A stretch of DNA of 64,000 nucleotides from an uncultured Alphaproteobacteria bacterium. Its GTDB lineage: Bacteria; Pseudomonadota; Alphaproteobacteria; Acetobacterales; Acetobacteraceae. A model generated the notes under the pieces. That model searched no databases. It was not told where the DNA came from and saw nothing but the letters and a program-made list of their open reading frames with translations. Each line of letters begins with the position of its first letter. The stretch's first letter is position 1. Location of the stretch: NCBI GenBank assembly GCA_963818775.1, contig CAWFUF010000029.1, positions 1,918 through 65,917 on the forward strand. The letters run 5' to 3'. A program made the position numbers and the translations under genes. Shown here in pieces: positions 42,950-52,331 of the stretch.

Positions 42950-43681
42950 GTGCGCAACGTCTTCATCATCGCGGGACGCGAACTTGGCGGCTACTTCGCA
43001 ACGCCCGTCGCATCGGTATTCATCGTGATCTTCCTCGTCCTGCAAGGCGCACTCACATTCAACCTCGGCGGCTTCTTCGATCGCGGACAGGCCGACCTGA
43101 ACCCGTTCTTCACCTTCATCCCATGGGTATTCCTGCTGCTGGTCCCTGCGATCACCATGCGCCTCTGGGCCGAGGAGCGCCGGCTCGGCACCATCGAGCT
43201 GCTGCTGACCTTGCCGATCACGCAGACCGAGGCCGTGCTCGGGAAATTCCTCGCCGCATGGGCGTTCTGCGCCATCGCGCTGATCCTGACCTTTCCGTTT
43301 ATCATCACGGTCAACATCCTTGGCCAACCGGACAACGGCGTGATCGCATCGGGCTATGTCGGCGCATTACTGGTCGCCGGCGCATTTCTCTCGGTTGGCG
43401 CTGCACTCTCGGCGCTGACCAAGAACCAGGTGATCGCCTTCGTCCTCGGCGTCGCGGTCTGCTTCGTGTTCGCCGTCGCATCCTACCCGGTGGTCACCGA
43501 TTTTCTGTCACGCAACACGCCGGCGCTAGCCGAAATCGCGCGGCGCATCGCGGTGATCGACCGCTTTCAGGATTTCACCCGCGGCGTGGTCAGCCTGCGC
43601 GACCTCATCTTCTTCGCCACCTTCATCGCCTTCTGGCTGTTCCTCAATGCCGTGATCGTCGAACAGCGGAAGGCGGATTGA
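42950..43681 (+). CDS. ABC-2 type transporter permease (GldF-like)
   Basis: 243 aa with about 6 TM segments. GTG start after AGGAGG. Confidence 0.85.
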   Translation: MRNVFIIAGRELGGYFATPVASVFIVIFLVLQGALTFNLGGFFDRGQADLNPFFTFIPWVFLLLVPAITMRLWAEERRLGTIELLLTLPITQTEAVLGKFLAAWAFCAIALILTFPFIITVNILGQPDNGVIASGYVGALLVAGAFLSVGAALSALTKNQVIAFVLGVAVCFVFAVASYPVVTDFLSRNTPALAEIARRIAVIDRFQDFTRGVVSLRDLIFFATFIAFWLFLNAVIVEQRKAD

Positions 43682-43685
43682 CGTC

Positions 43686-45602
43686 ATGCGCCGCCGCATC
43701 TGGTTCTCCATCATCGGTGTGATCGCCGTCGCCGCGATTGCAATCGGCATCAATATGTTCGCCGACGCACGACTGGCGAACCTGCACGTCGATCTGACTC
43801 GCGGCCACATCTACACGCTGTCCGACGGCACGCGGAAGATTCTGGCCGACCTCAAGGAACCGATCACGCTGCGCCTGTTCTACTCGCGCCGCCTCGGCAG
43901 CACCGTGCCGGTGTACGGCGCCTACGCCGACCACGTGCGCGAGATGCTGGGCGAATACGCCGCGGTCTCCGGCGGCAAGGTGCGCCTGGAGTTCTACGAT
44001 CCCGAACCGTTCAGCGATACCGAGGACCGCGCGCTGTCATACGGCCTTCAGGGCGTGCCGCTCGATCAGGGCGGCGTGCAGGTCTACTTCGGCCTGGCCG
44101 GCAGCAACCTGGAAGACGATGAACGGACCATCGCCTTCTTCCAGCCGGAGCGCGAGCGCTTCCTGGAATACGATCTGACAAAGCTGATCTACGACCTGTC
44201 GAACCCGAAGCGACCGGTGATCGGAGTGATGTCGTCGCTGCCGCTGGACGGCGATCCGCGCGCGATGATGATGGCGATGCGCGGCCAGCCCGCCGCGGGC
44301 GGTCAGCCCTATGCCTCGACGACGCTGCTGCGGCAGACCAACCAGGTGAAGACCGTCGCCACCGACGCGCAGCTGATCGATCCCGACATCCAGGTGCTGC
44401 TGGTCGCCGAGGCGCAGAACCTGTCGGACGCCACGCTGTATGCGATCGACCAATTCGTCATGCGCGGCGGCCGGCTGATGGTGATGGTCGATCCCTGGAG
44501 CGAGGCGATGGCCGCCACTCCCTCGCCCACCGGCATGCCGCCGTCCGATACCAGCTCGAATTTGAAGAAACTGTTCGACGCCTGGGGCATCGAGTTCGAT
44601 CCCACCAAGGTGGTCGGCGATCTCACCGGGGCGTGGCGCGTGCGCGCCAATGCAAATGACGAAGTGCAGGCGGTGAACTATGTCGCCTGGTTCAACATCC
44701 GTGACGGCATCAATCACAATGACCCCGCGACCGCTGACCTCCAGCAGGTCACGGTCGCGTCTGCCGGTTCGATCAGCAAGGCACCGAACTCCTCGATCGA
44801 CTTCACGCCGCTGCTGACCAGCAGCCCTCGATCGGGTGAGATACCGGTGGATGAGGTCAAGATGCCGGATCCCGCCAAGGTACTGGCGGACTTCAAGCCG
44901 TCGGGCGGCCCGCGCGTGATCGCGGCCCGTATCCACGGCGTCTTGAAATCCGCGTTCACCGGACCACCGGAACTGGCGAAAGACCAGAAGCGGCCTGAGA
45001 ACTTCCCTGCCCACAAGGCGCAGACCGATGGTCCCGCCAATCTCGTCGTGGTTTCCGACAGCGACATCCTGGCCGACCGGTTCTGGGTGCGGGTCTCCGA
45101 CTTCTTCGGCCAGCAGACAGCGATGCCGTTCAGCGACAACGGTCCCTTCGTCGCCAACCTGATCGGCACGCTCGCCGGTGGCGACGCCCTGATCGGATTG
45201 CGCTCGCGTGGCGACAGCAACCATCCGTTCATCCTGATCAACCAGATGCAGGGCGAGGCGGAAGCCAGGTTCCGCCAGACCGAGCAGACGCTCCAGAAGC
45301 ATCTGGACGACACAGAGAAGCAGTTGAGCACGCTGCGCCAAGGGCCCACTGGCACCGATCAGGCCAACGCGCAGGCGGTGATCACGCCGGAGCAGCGCAC
45401 CGCCATCGACGCCGCGCGCAAGGACATCGTCGATACGCGACAGCAGTTGCGTGCTGTGCAGTACGATCTGAACCGTGACATCTCGCGGGTCGAGACCGAG
45501 CTTCGCGTGTTCAACATCGTGCTCGTACCGGCGGTGCTGGTGATCGTGGCGATCGTGCTCGGTGTCATGCGCAGCCGCCGCCGCGCGAGGGCAAGGGCAT
45601 GA
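43686..45602 (+). CDS. GldG-family ABC-transport auxiliary protein
   Basis: 638 aa with N- and C-terminal TM anchors and a large extracytoplasmic domain (LTRGHIYTLSDGT, PITLRLFYS, VVVSDSDILADRFW). Confidence 0.8.
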   Translation: MRRRIWFSIIGVIAVAAIAIGINMFADARLANLHVDLTRGHIYTLSDGTRKILADLKEPITLRLFYSRRLGSTVPVYGAYADHVREMLGEYAAVSGGKVRLEFYDPEPFSDTEDRALSYGLQGVPLDQGGVQVYFGLAGSNLEDDERTIAFFQPERERFLEYDLTKLIYDLSNPKRPVIGVMSSLPLDGDPRAMMMAMRGQPAAGGQPYASTTLLRQTNQVKTVATDAQLIDPDIQVLLVAEAQNLSDATLYAIDQFVMRGGRLMVMVDPWSEAMAATPSPTGMPPSDTSSNLKKLFDAWGIEFDPTKVVGDLTGAWRVRANANDEVQAVNYVAWFNIRDGINHNDPATADLQQVTVASAGSISKAPNSSIDFTPLLTSSPRSGEIPVDEVKMPDPAKVLADFKPSGGPRVIAARIHGVLKSAFTGPPELAKDQKRPENFPAHKAQTDGPANLVVVSDSDILADRFWVRVSDFFGQQTAMPFSDNGPFVANLIGTLAGGDALIGLRSRGDSNHPFILINQMQGEAEARFRQTEQTLQKHLDDTEKQLSTLRQGPTGTDQANAQAVITPEQRTAIDAARKDIVDTRQQLRAVQYDLNRDISRVETELRVFNIVLVPAVLVIVAIVLGVMRSRRRARARA

Positions 45603-46648
45603 GACCCCGCACCCTCCTTGCACTCGTCGCCATCGGGATCGTCGCCATTGTCGGCGGTTGGTATTTTGGCACCGCCCAGCAGCCTGGCGAGCAACGGGCC
45701 TACAACCAAGGCCGGCTCATGTTCCCCGGTCTCGCGCAGAAGCTGCAGGATGCCGCGCGGGTCGAGATCAGTCATCAGGGCAAGACCACCGCCATCGTGA
45801 AGCACGGCGACACATGGGGTCTCGAGGACCGCGGTGGCTATGCGGTCCAGGCGAGCAAACTGCGTGGCATGCTGACCGCGCTCACCGAGTTGCGGCTGGT
45901 CGAACAGCGCACCGCCGATCCCGAGCAGTTCAGTCGCCTCGGTCTCGAAGACCCGAACGGCAAGACCGCCAATTCGAACCTGCTGCGCGTGCTCGACGCG
46001 TCAGGCAGGCCGATCGTCGCGCTGATCGTCGGCCATCGTCGCGTGCGGACGCAGGGAAATGTGCCGGAGCAGGTCTATGTGCGTCGGCCTGACGATAACC
46101 AGACCTGGCTCGCGGAGGGCAGCCTGCAGGTCGACGCTGATCCGCAGCTCTGGCTTGAGCGCGACATCATGAATATCGACCACGGACGCATCGCCAGTGT
46201 TGCAGTGACCCACGGCGATGAGAAGATCGACATGGTGCTCGACGGCCAGAAGCTGGTGTTGAAGACGCCGGCGGATCATCCCCCGGTCGATGACTACAAA
46301 CTCGATGACGTCGATCGAGGGCTGGAGCTGCTGACATTCCAGGACGTGCAGACCGACAAGCAGCCGGTCGGCGACAAGATCGGCCAATCGGTGTACACCA
46401 CAAACGACGGGCTGGCGGTGACGGCGACGGTGTTCAAGGACGACAAGGACATCTGGGCGCGCTTCGCCGCCACCGGAAGCGACAAGACCAAGGACGAGGC
46501 GGACAAATTGAACGCACGGCTGGCTGGGTGGACCTATCAGCTCGGGGCCTGGAAGCAGAAGGCGCTGGTGCCGTCGCTCGATGACCTGAAGGCGCCGCCG
46601 CCGGAGAAGCCCGCCGCCAACCCGCCTGCCGAAGCACCCAAGCAGTGA
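45599..46648 (+). CDS. DUF4340-like protein
   Basis: ATGA overlap with the GldG-like gene and an N-terminal TM anchor. This is the usual fourth gene of such clusters. Confidence 0.65.
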   Translation: MRPRTLLALVAIGIVAIVGGWYFGTAQQPGEQRAYNQGRLMFPGLAQKLQDAARVEISHQGKTTAIVKHGDTWGLEDRGGYAVQASKLRGMLTALTELRLVEQRTADPEQFSRLGLEDPNGKTANSNLLRVLDASGRPIVALIVGHRRVRTQGNVPEQVYVRRPDDNQTWLAEGSLQVDADPQLWLERDIMNIDHGRIASVAVTHGDEKIDMVLDGQKLVLKTPADHPPVDDYKLDDVDRGLELLTFQDVQTDKQPVGDKIGQSVYTTNDGLAVTATVFKDDKDIWARFAATGSDKTKDEADKLNARLAGWTYQLGAWKQKALVPSLDDLKAPPPEKPAANPPAEAPKQ

Positions 46649-47076
46649 GCGATCGCGAATATCCCGCCCGGCCGATCGTCGGGATCGGGATCGTGGTCAT
46701 CAAGGATGACACCGTTCTGCTGGTTCGCCGCGGTAAGCCGCCCAATGTCGGCGCGTGGACACTGCCAGGCGGTGCACAGGAGCTTGGCGAGACGGCCGAG
46801 GAGGCCGCGCGCCGCGAATTGCTGGAGGAGACGGGCCTCGAAGTGGATTCGCTGCACTTCGCCGCCACGGTGGACAATATCCGCCGCGACGCATCAGGAC
46901 GCGTGCGCTTCCACTACACGATCATCGACTTCGCGACCCGCTGGGCTGCCGGCGAGCCGGTCGCCGCGACCGATGTCACCGAGGCAGCGTGGGCTAAGCT
47001 GGATGATCTGGAGGCGTACAACTTGTGGAGTGAAGCCCACAGAGTGATCGCGATCGCGCGAAGATTGGTGGGATAA
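46645..47076 (+). CDS. NUDIX hydrolase
   Basis: Nudix box [27 protein letters not shown] start overlaps the upstream stop. Confidence 0.85.
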   Translation: MSDREYPARPIVGIGIVVIKDDTVLLVRRGKPPNVGAWTLPGGAQELGETAEEAARRELLEETGLEVDSLHFAATVDNIRRDASGRVRFHYTIIDFATRWAAGEPVAATDVTEAAWAKLDDLEAYNLWSEAHRVIAIARRLVG

Positions 47077-47185
47077 TCGCTGCGACAGCGTCACCACTCC
47101 TCAACACTGTGATTCACTTGCCCGCAGCCAAGCGCGATGGCTTTCGAGTTGCCGCACCAACAGGCATTCAGGAACGTCACACAGA

Positions 47186-48271
47186 ATGTCATCCGCCGAG
47201 GGCCTCGAAACGATGCGCGACCCCATCAAGCGAGTCCGCCGTACAAGCGATGGTGCACTCCGCGCGATGGTGGGCATGGGCACCGCGATACTCGTGGTAG
47301 CTGCTTTGGGGATTGCCCAGCCCGTCTTCGCGCCACTGACTTTCGCGCTGTTCATCATCGCGATCGTCTGGCCGTTGCAGGCACGGCTGCAGGCGCTGCT
47401 TCCGAAGCTCGTTGCTCTCGCGATCAGCGTGCTCGCGACCATCGTGGTCATCGGCGCATTCGCCTGGACGATCACCTGGGCCTTCAGCAGGGTCGGTCGC
47501 TACATCGTCACCGACGCTGCCCGGTTCCAGCTTCTCTACAACCAGATGGCCGATTGGCTCGCAGGGCATGGCATCGTGGTCGAGAGCCTCTGGGCCGAGC
47601 ATTTCAACGTCGGCTGGGTGCTCCGAGCCTTCCAGGAGATCACCACGAGGATAAACGGCACGCTGAGCTTCTCGCTCATTGTACTGATCTACGTCATTTT
47701 GGGCCTCATGGAAGTGGACGACGCGGCCCGCAGGCTTCGCGGCATGAAGAACCAGGAGGCCGGACGGGTAATGCTGACCGGGGGCTCCCTGACCGCCGCG
47801 AAATTCCGGCGCTACCTTCTGGTCCGCACCCTGATGAGCGTCGTGACGGGTTTCCTGGTGTGGGGTTTCATCTCGCTTTGCGGACTTCCGCTCGCGCAAG
47901 AATGGGGCGTGATCGCCTTCGCACTCAACTACATTCCGTTCATCGGCCCATTGGTCGCAACGGTTCTGCCGACACTCTTTGCCATCGCGCAATTCGAAGC
48001 CTGGCAGAATGCGATCCTGGTCTTCGGATGTCTGAACCTGATTCAGTTCCTGGTCGGCAGCTACCTCGAGCCACGGATCGCCGGCAGCGTTCTTTCGATG
48101 TCGCCGTTCATGGTGCTGTTCGCCGTGTTCTTCTGGACCTTCCTGTGGGGCATCGCCGGCGCGTTCATCGGCGTTCCCATTGTTATCGCAGTCCTGACCA
48201 TCTGCGAACAGAATGCGTCGAGTCGTTGGGTTGCGGAGGTGTTCGGAGCGCCCGCTGCCGCGCGGGACTGA
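47186..48271 (+). CDS. AI-2E family transporter (PerM/UPF0118)
   Basis: 361 aa, polytopic. ALNYIPFIGPLVA and GIAGAFIGVPIV. Confidence 0.85.
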   Translation: MSSAEGLETMRDPIKRVRRTSDGALRAMVGMGTAILVVAALGIAQPVFAPLTFALFIIAIVWPLQARLQALLPKLVALAISVLATIVVIGAFAWTITWAFSRVGRYIVTDAARFQLLYNQMADWLAGHGIVVESLWAEHFNVGWVLRAFQEITTRINGTLSFSLIVLIYVILGLMEVDDAARRLRGMKNQEAGRVMLTGGSLTAAKFRRYLLVRTLMSVVTGFLVWGFISLCGLPLAQEWGVIAFALNYIPFIGPLVATVLPTLFAIAQFEAWQNAILVFGCLNLIQFLVGSYLEPRIAGSVLSMSPFMVLFAVFFWTFLWGIAGAFIGVPIVIAVLTICEQNASSRWVAEVFGAPAAARD

Positions 48272-48294
48272 CGAGCGCCTTGCAGGAGACACCG

Positions 48295-50046
48295 ATGACA
48301 CCGATCCTCGATCCGCGAAACGGCGACATCGAGGACGATGCTTCCAGCACCAAGAAGCGATCGATGCTCTCGCTGGCGGGTAGCCTGCTCGCGGAGATCA
48401 GCCTTCCGAAGCTCGCAATCGCCTGGATGCTGCTGATCGGCTTTCCCGGCCTTCTGCTCGGCGCTGCGCCGCTTCTGGTGTCGATCTGGATCGCCGCGGT
48501 CTGGTCCCATGCCGCGAACATCTTTTACGAGATTCTGCCGGTGCTGTTGCTTCCGCCGCTCATGGCAATTGGCTGGTTCGCGGGCCGACCGCTGCTGCGG
48601 CTCGCCGAAAGCAGCTTCTGGTCATTGAATGCACTGGCTGTGCAGCCCGCCTATATCGTGTTTCGCGAGGGCATTCGGCATCTTGCCGAGTCGCTGCTTG
48701 CGTCGCGGATGAGCGATGCCCGGCGTGGCTCCATTCGCGCCGGTGCTGCGGCGGCCTCGGGCCTCCTGATCTGCGGGCTCGGCTTCGGCATCATCATCCT
48801 GGTGTGGCCCGCGACCCGATGGATCGGCAGCCTGGCGGATCTTACGCCGCTGCACCGGCCAGTGCTCGTAGTGCTGGCGAACAGTGTCGTGCTCGTCTGT
48901 GGGTATTTTGCGACGGCGGCGCTGATCTGGGGCGTTGCCGATGCGACCATGGCCCAGCCGCGGGATTTTCACGACTTTTCCGCGGCGACGGCTGGCGACC
49001 GGACCTGGCGCGTCGCGCACCTGTCGGACATCCATACGGTCGGCGAGCGCTACGGATTTCGCATCGAGAGCGGAAGGTCTGGCGCACGTGGCAATGAGCG
49101 ACTCAAGCAGACGCTGGCGCGGTTGAATGAGATCCATGCAGCGCATCCGCTGGATATTATTTTGATAACAGGAGACCTGACCGATGCCGGTCGCTCGGCG
49201 GAGTGGGTCGAGTTCTTCGCTGCCTTGGCCGCTTACCCGCGGATTGCCGACCTGGTGATCGCGCTGCCAGGCAACCACGACGTCAATGTGGTGGACCGCG
49301 CGAGTCCCGCCCGAATGGACCTGCCGACGAGTCCCATGAAGCGCCTGCGTCAGGTCCGGACGATCTCCGCACTCGGAATGCTGCAAGGTTCGCGGCTCCA
49401 TGTCGTGGAGAGCAGCGCGGGTAAACTTGGCGACACGTTGGCCGATGCGCTGAAATGGCACGGTGGCGACATGGCCGCCTTCGCCGACAAGGGATCGCTG
49501 CGCCTGTCGCGATCCTTGGCCGGACTGTGGGCGACGATCTTTCCGATGGTCATGCCACCTGCCACGGACGATGGGCTCGGTGTCATCGTGCTGAACTCCA
49601 ACGCCGAGACACATTTCTCGTTTACCAATGCGTTGGGCCTGGTATCTGCCGAACAGGCGCGTGCTCTTGCAGTTGCCATCAGACAATACCCGCGTGCCTG
49701 CTGGATCGTCGCTCTGCATCACCACGTCATCGAATATCCCAAGCCAGCAAAGGCATTGTCGGAGCGCATCGGGACGGCACTCATCAACGGCAGCTGGTTC
49801 ATCCGTCGGTTGCAGGATCTGGCCAACCACGCCGTGATCATGCACGGTCATCGACATATCGATTGGATCGGGGACTGCGGCGGCCTCCTGATTGTTTCCG
49901 CCCCTTCCCCCGTCATGGAGCCAATCGATTGTCTGGAGACCTACTTCTACGTCCACACTCTTGCCGTTGGATCGGATGAACGGCTCAAGCTGCTGGCTCC
50001 TGAGCGGATCAACGTACGCGGTCAGCCGGTAGCCAACGAAGAATGA
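48295..50046 (+). CDS. membrane-anchored metallophosphoesterase (calcineurin-like)
   Basis: AGGAGA RBS. An N-terminal hydrophobic region of about 230 aa with several TM segments, then HLSDIHT, ITGDLTD, LPGNHD, LHHH and MHGHRH. Confidence 0.8.
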   Translation: MTPILDPRNGDIEDDASSTKKRSMLSLAGSLLAEISLPKLAIAWMLLIGFPGLLLGAAPLLVSIWIAAVWSHAANIFYEILPVLLLPPLMAIGWFAGRPLLRLAESSFWSLNALAVQPAYIVFREGIRHLAESLLASRMSDARRGSIRAGAAAASGLLICGLGFGIIILVWPATRWIGSLADLTPLHRPVLVVLANSVVLVCGYFATAALIWGVADATMAQPRDFHDFSAATAGDRTWRVAHLSDIHTVGERYGFRIESGRSGARGNERLKQTLARLNEIHAAHPLDIILITGDLTDAGRSAEWVEFFAALAAYPRIADLVIALPGNHDVNVVDRASPARMDLPTSPMKRLRQVRTISALGMLQGSRLHVVESSAGKLGDTLADALKWHGGDMAAFADKGSLRLSRSLAGLWATIFPMVMPPATDDGLGVIVLNSNAETHFSFTNALGLVSAEQARALAVAIRQYPRACWIVALHHHVIEYPKPAKALSERIGTALINGSWFIRRLQDLANHAVIMHGHRHIDWIGDCGGLLIVSAPSPVMEPIDCLETYFYVHTLAVGSDERLKLLAPERINVRGQPVANEE

Positions 50047-50083
50047 ATGTGATGCCACTGGTCTTTGTCGACTGCATCAAATC

Positions 50084-50118
50084 AAGACGTGGATGGCCGG
50101 CCTCGCGCCGGCCATGAC
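50084..50118. repeat. REP2-family element
   Basis: AAGACGTGGATGGCCGGCCTCGCGCCGGCCATGAC. Confidence 0.65.
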
Positions 50119-50141
50119 AACGGGAGGTGCCGCAGCATGCC

Positions 50142-50906
50142 CTACGGCACGCGGTAGAAGGGATCCGGCAGCAGGAACTTCTTTTCGGCGTGCCCGCCCA
50201 GCAGGTCGGAGGGCTGATCGCCCATGTTCTCGACGATGGTGTAGCCCTGCTGCTCGATTTCGGCGCGCACCGGCGCCTTGAAGTCGGCCGCCGAGGCGAA
50301 GTGCGCACCATTCGGCACCATGTAGAGCTTCTCATATCCCTTGTAGCCGACGGCCGCGAGGTTGCGTTCGGTCGCGCGGCGCTGATTCTCTGGGCGGCCG
50401 GTTATGAAGAACACGGCGACGTCCAGCGCGCATGCCCGCTGGAACAACTGCAATGTCGGTTCAATGGCCGTGTCACGCGCGAGCTGATCCCACGCCGCCC
50501 ACCCGCAGGGCGCATCAAGCGCAGGATTGCATGGACCGCCGATAGGGCGACCGAAATCGTCCCGCTTGATGACTTCCCAGTTGGACAGGGCCGTCTCGTC
50601 GATATCGAGCACAAGTGCCGGCCGTCTGGCCGACGCCGCCCTGGTCCCCAGCCAATCGTTCGCCTGCCCGGCGACCTGTGCGAGACCCCGGGTGTAGTCG
50701 CCTGAATCGTAGTACTTCAGAGCGACAGTCTTGGCATCGCCGACATTCGGGGGCTGCGATGCCACGGTGACGAATGATGCCGCCTCGTCAGGCGTCGCGA
50801 CCTTGTCCGGGGTGGCGACCTTGTCCGCACAGCCCGCGATCGCGAGCAGCAACAGACCAGCAGCTAACCCCCTGTCCACGCGGCGCGCCGTCAGCGACAC
50901 CCTCAT
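50142..50906 (-). CDS. HAD-IIIB (class B/plant-type) acid phosphatase lipoprotein
   Basis: Lipobox IAGC, tandem DKVATP-DKVATP, VLDIDETALSN and FFITGRPE. Confidence 0.8.
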   Translation of the reverse strand: MRVSLTARRVDRGLAAGLLLLAIAGCADKVATPDKVATPDEAASFVTVASQPPNVGDAKTVALKYYDSGDYTRGLAQVAGQANDWLGTRAASARRPALVLDIDETALSNWEVIKRDDFGRPIGGPCNPALDAPCGWAAWDQLARDTAIEPTLQLFQRACALDVAVFFITGRPENQRRATERNLAAVGYKGYEKLYMVPNGAHFASAADFKAPVRAEIEQQGYTIVENMGDQPSDLLGGHAEKKFLLPDPFYRVP

Positions 50907-50978
50907 GGCGTTGCCCCCTTCCCTGCCCCGCCCGTAGCTACATGCACACGGCCGCAGCGGCAACGCGCCAACCTGCGG

Positions 50979-51287
50979 CTAACTGCGTCGATGCGACCGG
51001 TGCGTGGTCTTCCTAGTGGACAGTGACAGAGACACGCCGCCGCAGATCAGCCCGAGCCCAGCCGGCACCAGCCAGGCCGGACGCAGCATCAGCGGCACGA
51101 CCAGGTAGTCCCAGAGCCAGGCCGCTAGGTGCGTGCCGATGAAATTGTGCGTGGCATCCATGAGGTCGTGATCGACCATGAACAGCAGCTGCCCGAGCGG
51201 AACCTCGGGCGGGCCGAGCATCGCCACGGCGACGGCTCCTACCAGAAACATGGCGGCCGCTACGGCCAGGATTCGTTGGGCAATCAC
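50979..51287 (-). CDS. small three-TM membrane protein (hypothetical), translationally coupled to msrP
   Basis: 102 aa. The GTG start overlaps the msrP stop (GTGA). High GC3. No MsrQ-like features recognised. Confidence 0.45.
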   Translation of the reverse strand: MIAQRILAVAAAMFLVGAVAVAMLGPPEVPLGQLLFMVDHDLMDATHNFIGTHLAAWLWDYLVVPLMLRPAWLVPAGLGLICGGVSLSLSTRKTTHRSHRRS

Positions 51288-52198
51288 ATGAACAGTTTCT
51301 CGTTTTTCCGGTCGCTGTAAAGCGATGCGACGAACTCACCATACCCGTTGTAAATCTGCGTAGGCACCATTTCATTGCTGCCCAGCAGACGTTCCTGCGC
51401 CTGGCTCCACCGCGGATGCGCGACCGCCGGGTTGACGTTGGCCCAGAAACCATACTCCGCCGGCTGGATCGCCTGCCAGAAGTTCACCGGCTGCTTCTCG
51501 GTGAAACTGATCTTCGTCAAGGCCTTGCAGGACTTGAAGCCGTATTTCCACGGCACCGTCAGCCGGATCGGGCCACCGTTCTGGGGGGGTAGCGGCTTGC
51601 CATACAGCCCGGTCGAGACGAACGCCAGGTCGTTTGCCGCCTCGTCGATCGCGAGCCCCTCGATGTACGGCCAGGGATAGAACGGAGAGTTCAGCCCTGG
51701 CATCGTCTTGTCCTGTGCCGTTTCGAACACGATGTATTTCGCCGACGCCAACGGCTCGGCGATCTTCAGCAACTGGCTGAGCGGGAAGCCGGTCCAGGGC
51801 ACCGTCATCGCCCAGGCCTCCACGCAGCGGTGGCGGTAGACCCGCTCCTCGAGTTGAACCTGCTTCAGCAGATCATCGATCGCGATGGTGCGTGGCTGCT
51901 TGACCTCGCCCTCCAGACTGATCGTCCACGGCCGCTGCTTCAGGACCTGCGCCGCCTCCCACAGGTCCTTGCCGTCGCTGAACTCGTAGTAGTTGTTGTA
52001 GGTGGTCGCGTACTTCTCCGGCGTGATGTCGCGGCCAGCGACATATTTGGGATTGCGCTCCGGAGCGGCGGCCGCCAGCACCACCGCACCGGCTCCAGCC
52101 AGCGCGGTGCGACGGCCCAGCACCAGGGCCTCCGGCGTCACCAGGCGCTCCGACAATTCCCAGCCGCGGCGTCGCACAATATGCATAGGTCTCTCCAT
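51284..52198 (-). CDS. msrP: protein-methionine-sulfoxide reductase catalytic subunit MsrP (YedY-type molybdoenzyme)
   Basis: Tat-like RRRGWEL...[25 protein letters not shown] and [15 protein letters not shown]. Confidence 0.9.
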   Translation of the reverse strand: MERPMHIVRRRGWELSERLVTPEALVLGRRTALAGAGAVVLAAAAPERNPKYVAGRDITPEKYATTYNNYYEFSDGKDLWEAAQVLKQRPWTISLEGEVKQPRTIAIDDLLKQVQLEERVYRHRCVEAWAMTVPWTGFPLSQLLKIAEPLASAKYIVFETAQDKTMPGLNSPFYPWPYIEGLAIDEAANDLAFVSTGLYGKPLPPQNGGPIRLTVPWKYGFKSCKALTKISFTEKQPVNFWQAIQPAEYGFWANVNPAVAHPRWSQAQERLLGSNEMVPTQIYNGYGEFVASLYSDRKNEKLFM

Positions 52199-52236
52199 CA
52201 AGCCAGATAACTCCCAACTGGGGTCTCGGCGCTGTT

Positions 52237-52254
52237 TGTCACCTGGACGTGACA
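52237..52254. promoter_or_regulatory. TGTCAC-N6-GTGACA palindrome in the msrP/dcyD divergent region
   Basis: Perfect 6-bp arms, read directly from the sequence. Confidence 0.25.
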
Positions 52255-52331
52255 GCGCCTCCCAGCCGCATTGTCCGACACGTCAGGATGGGGAACATTA
52301 CATCCGGTCCGCGCCTTTGGCAGGAGATTTC

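Noticed and set aside
44037-45623. A 528-aa ORF antisense to the GldG-like gene.
   Set aside because: The reasoning is the same: Arg/Gly/His-rich sequence, no domain signature and a sense strand that is clearly coding.
47137-48294. The first about 386 codons of the 969-aa ORF 47137..50046.
   Set aside because: This part runs in another frame across the whole AI-2E transporter gene and is Arg/Gly/Pro/His-rich low-complexity sequence. It is an open-frame artefact of high G+C. The real gene starts at ATG 48295, which has an AGGAGA RBS.
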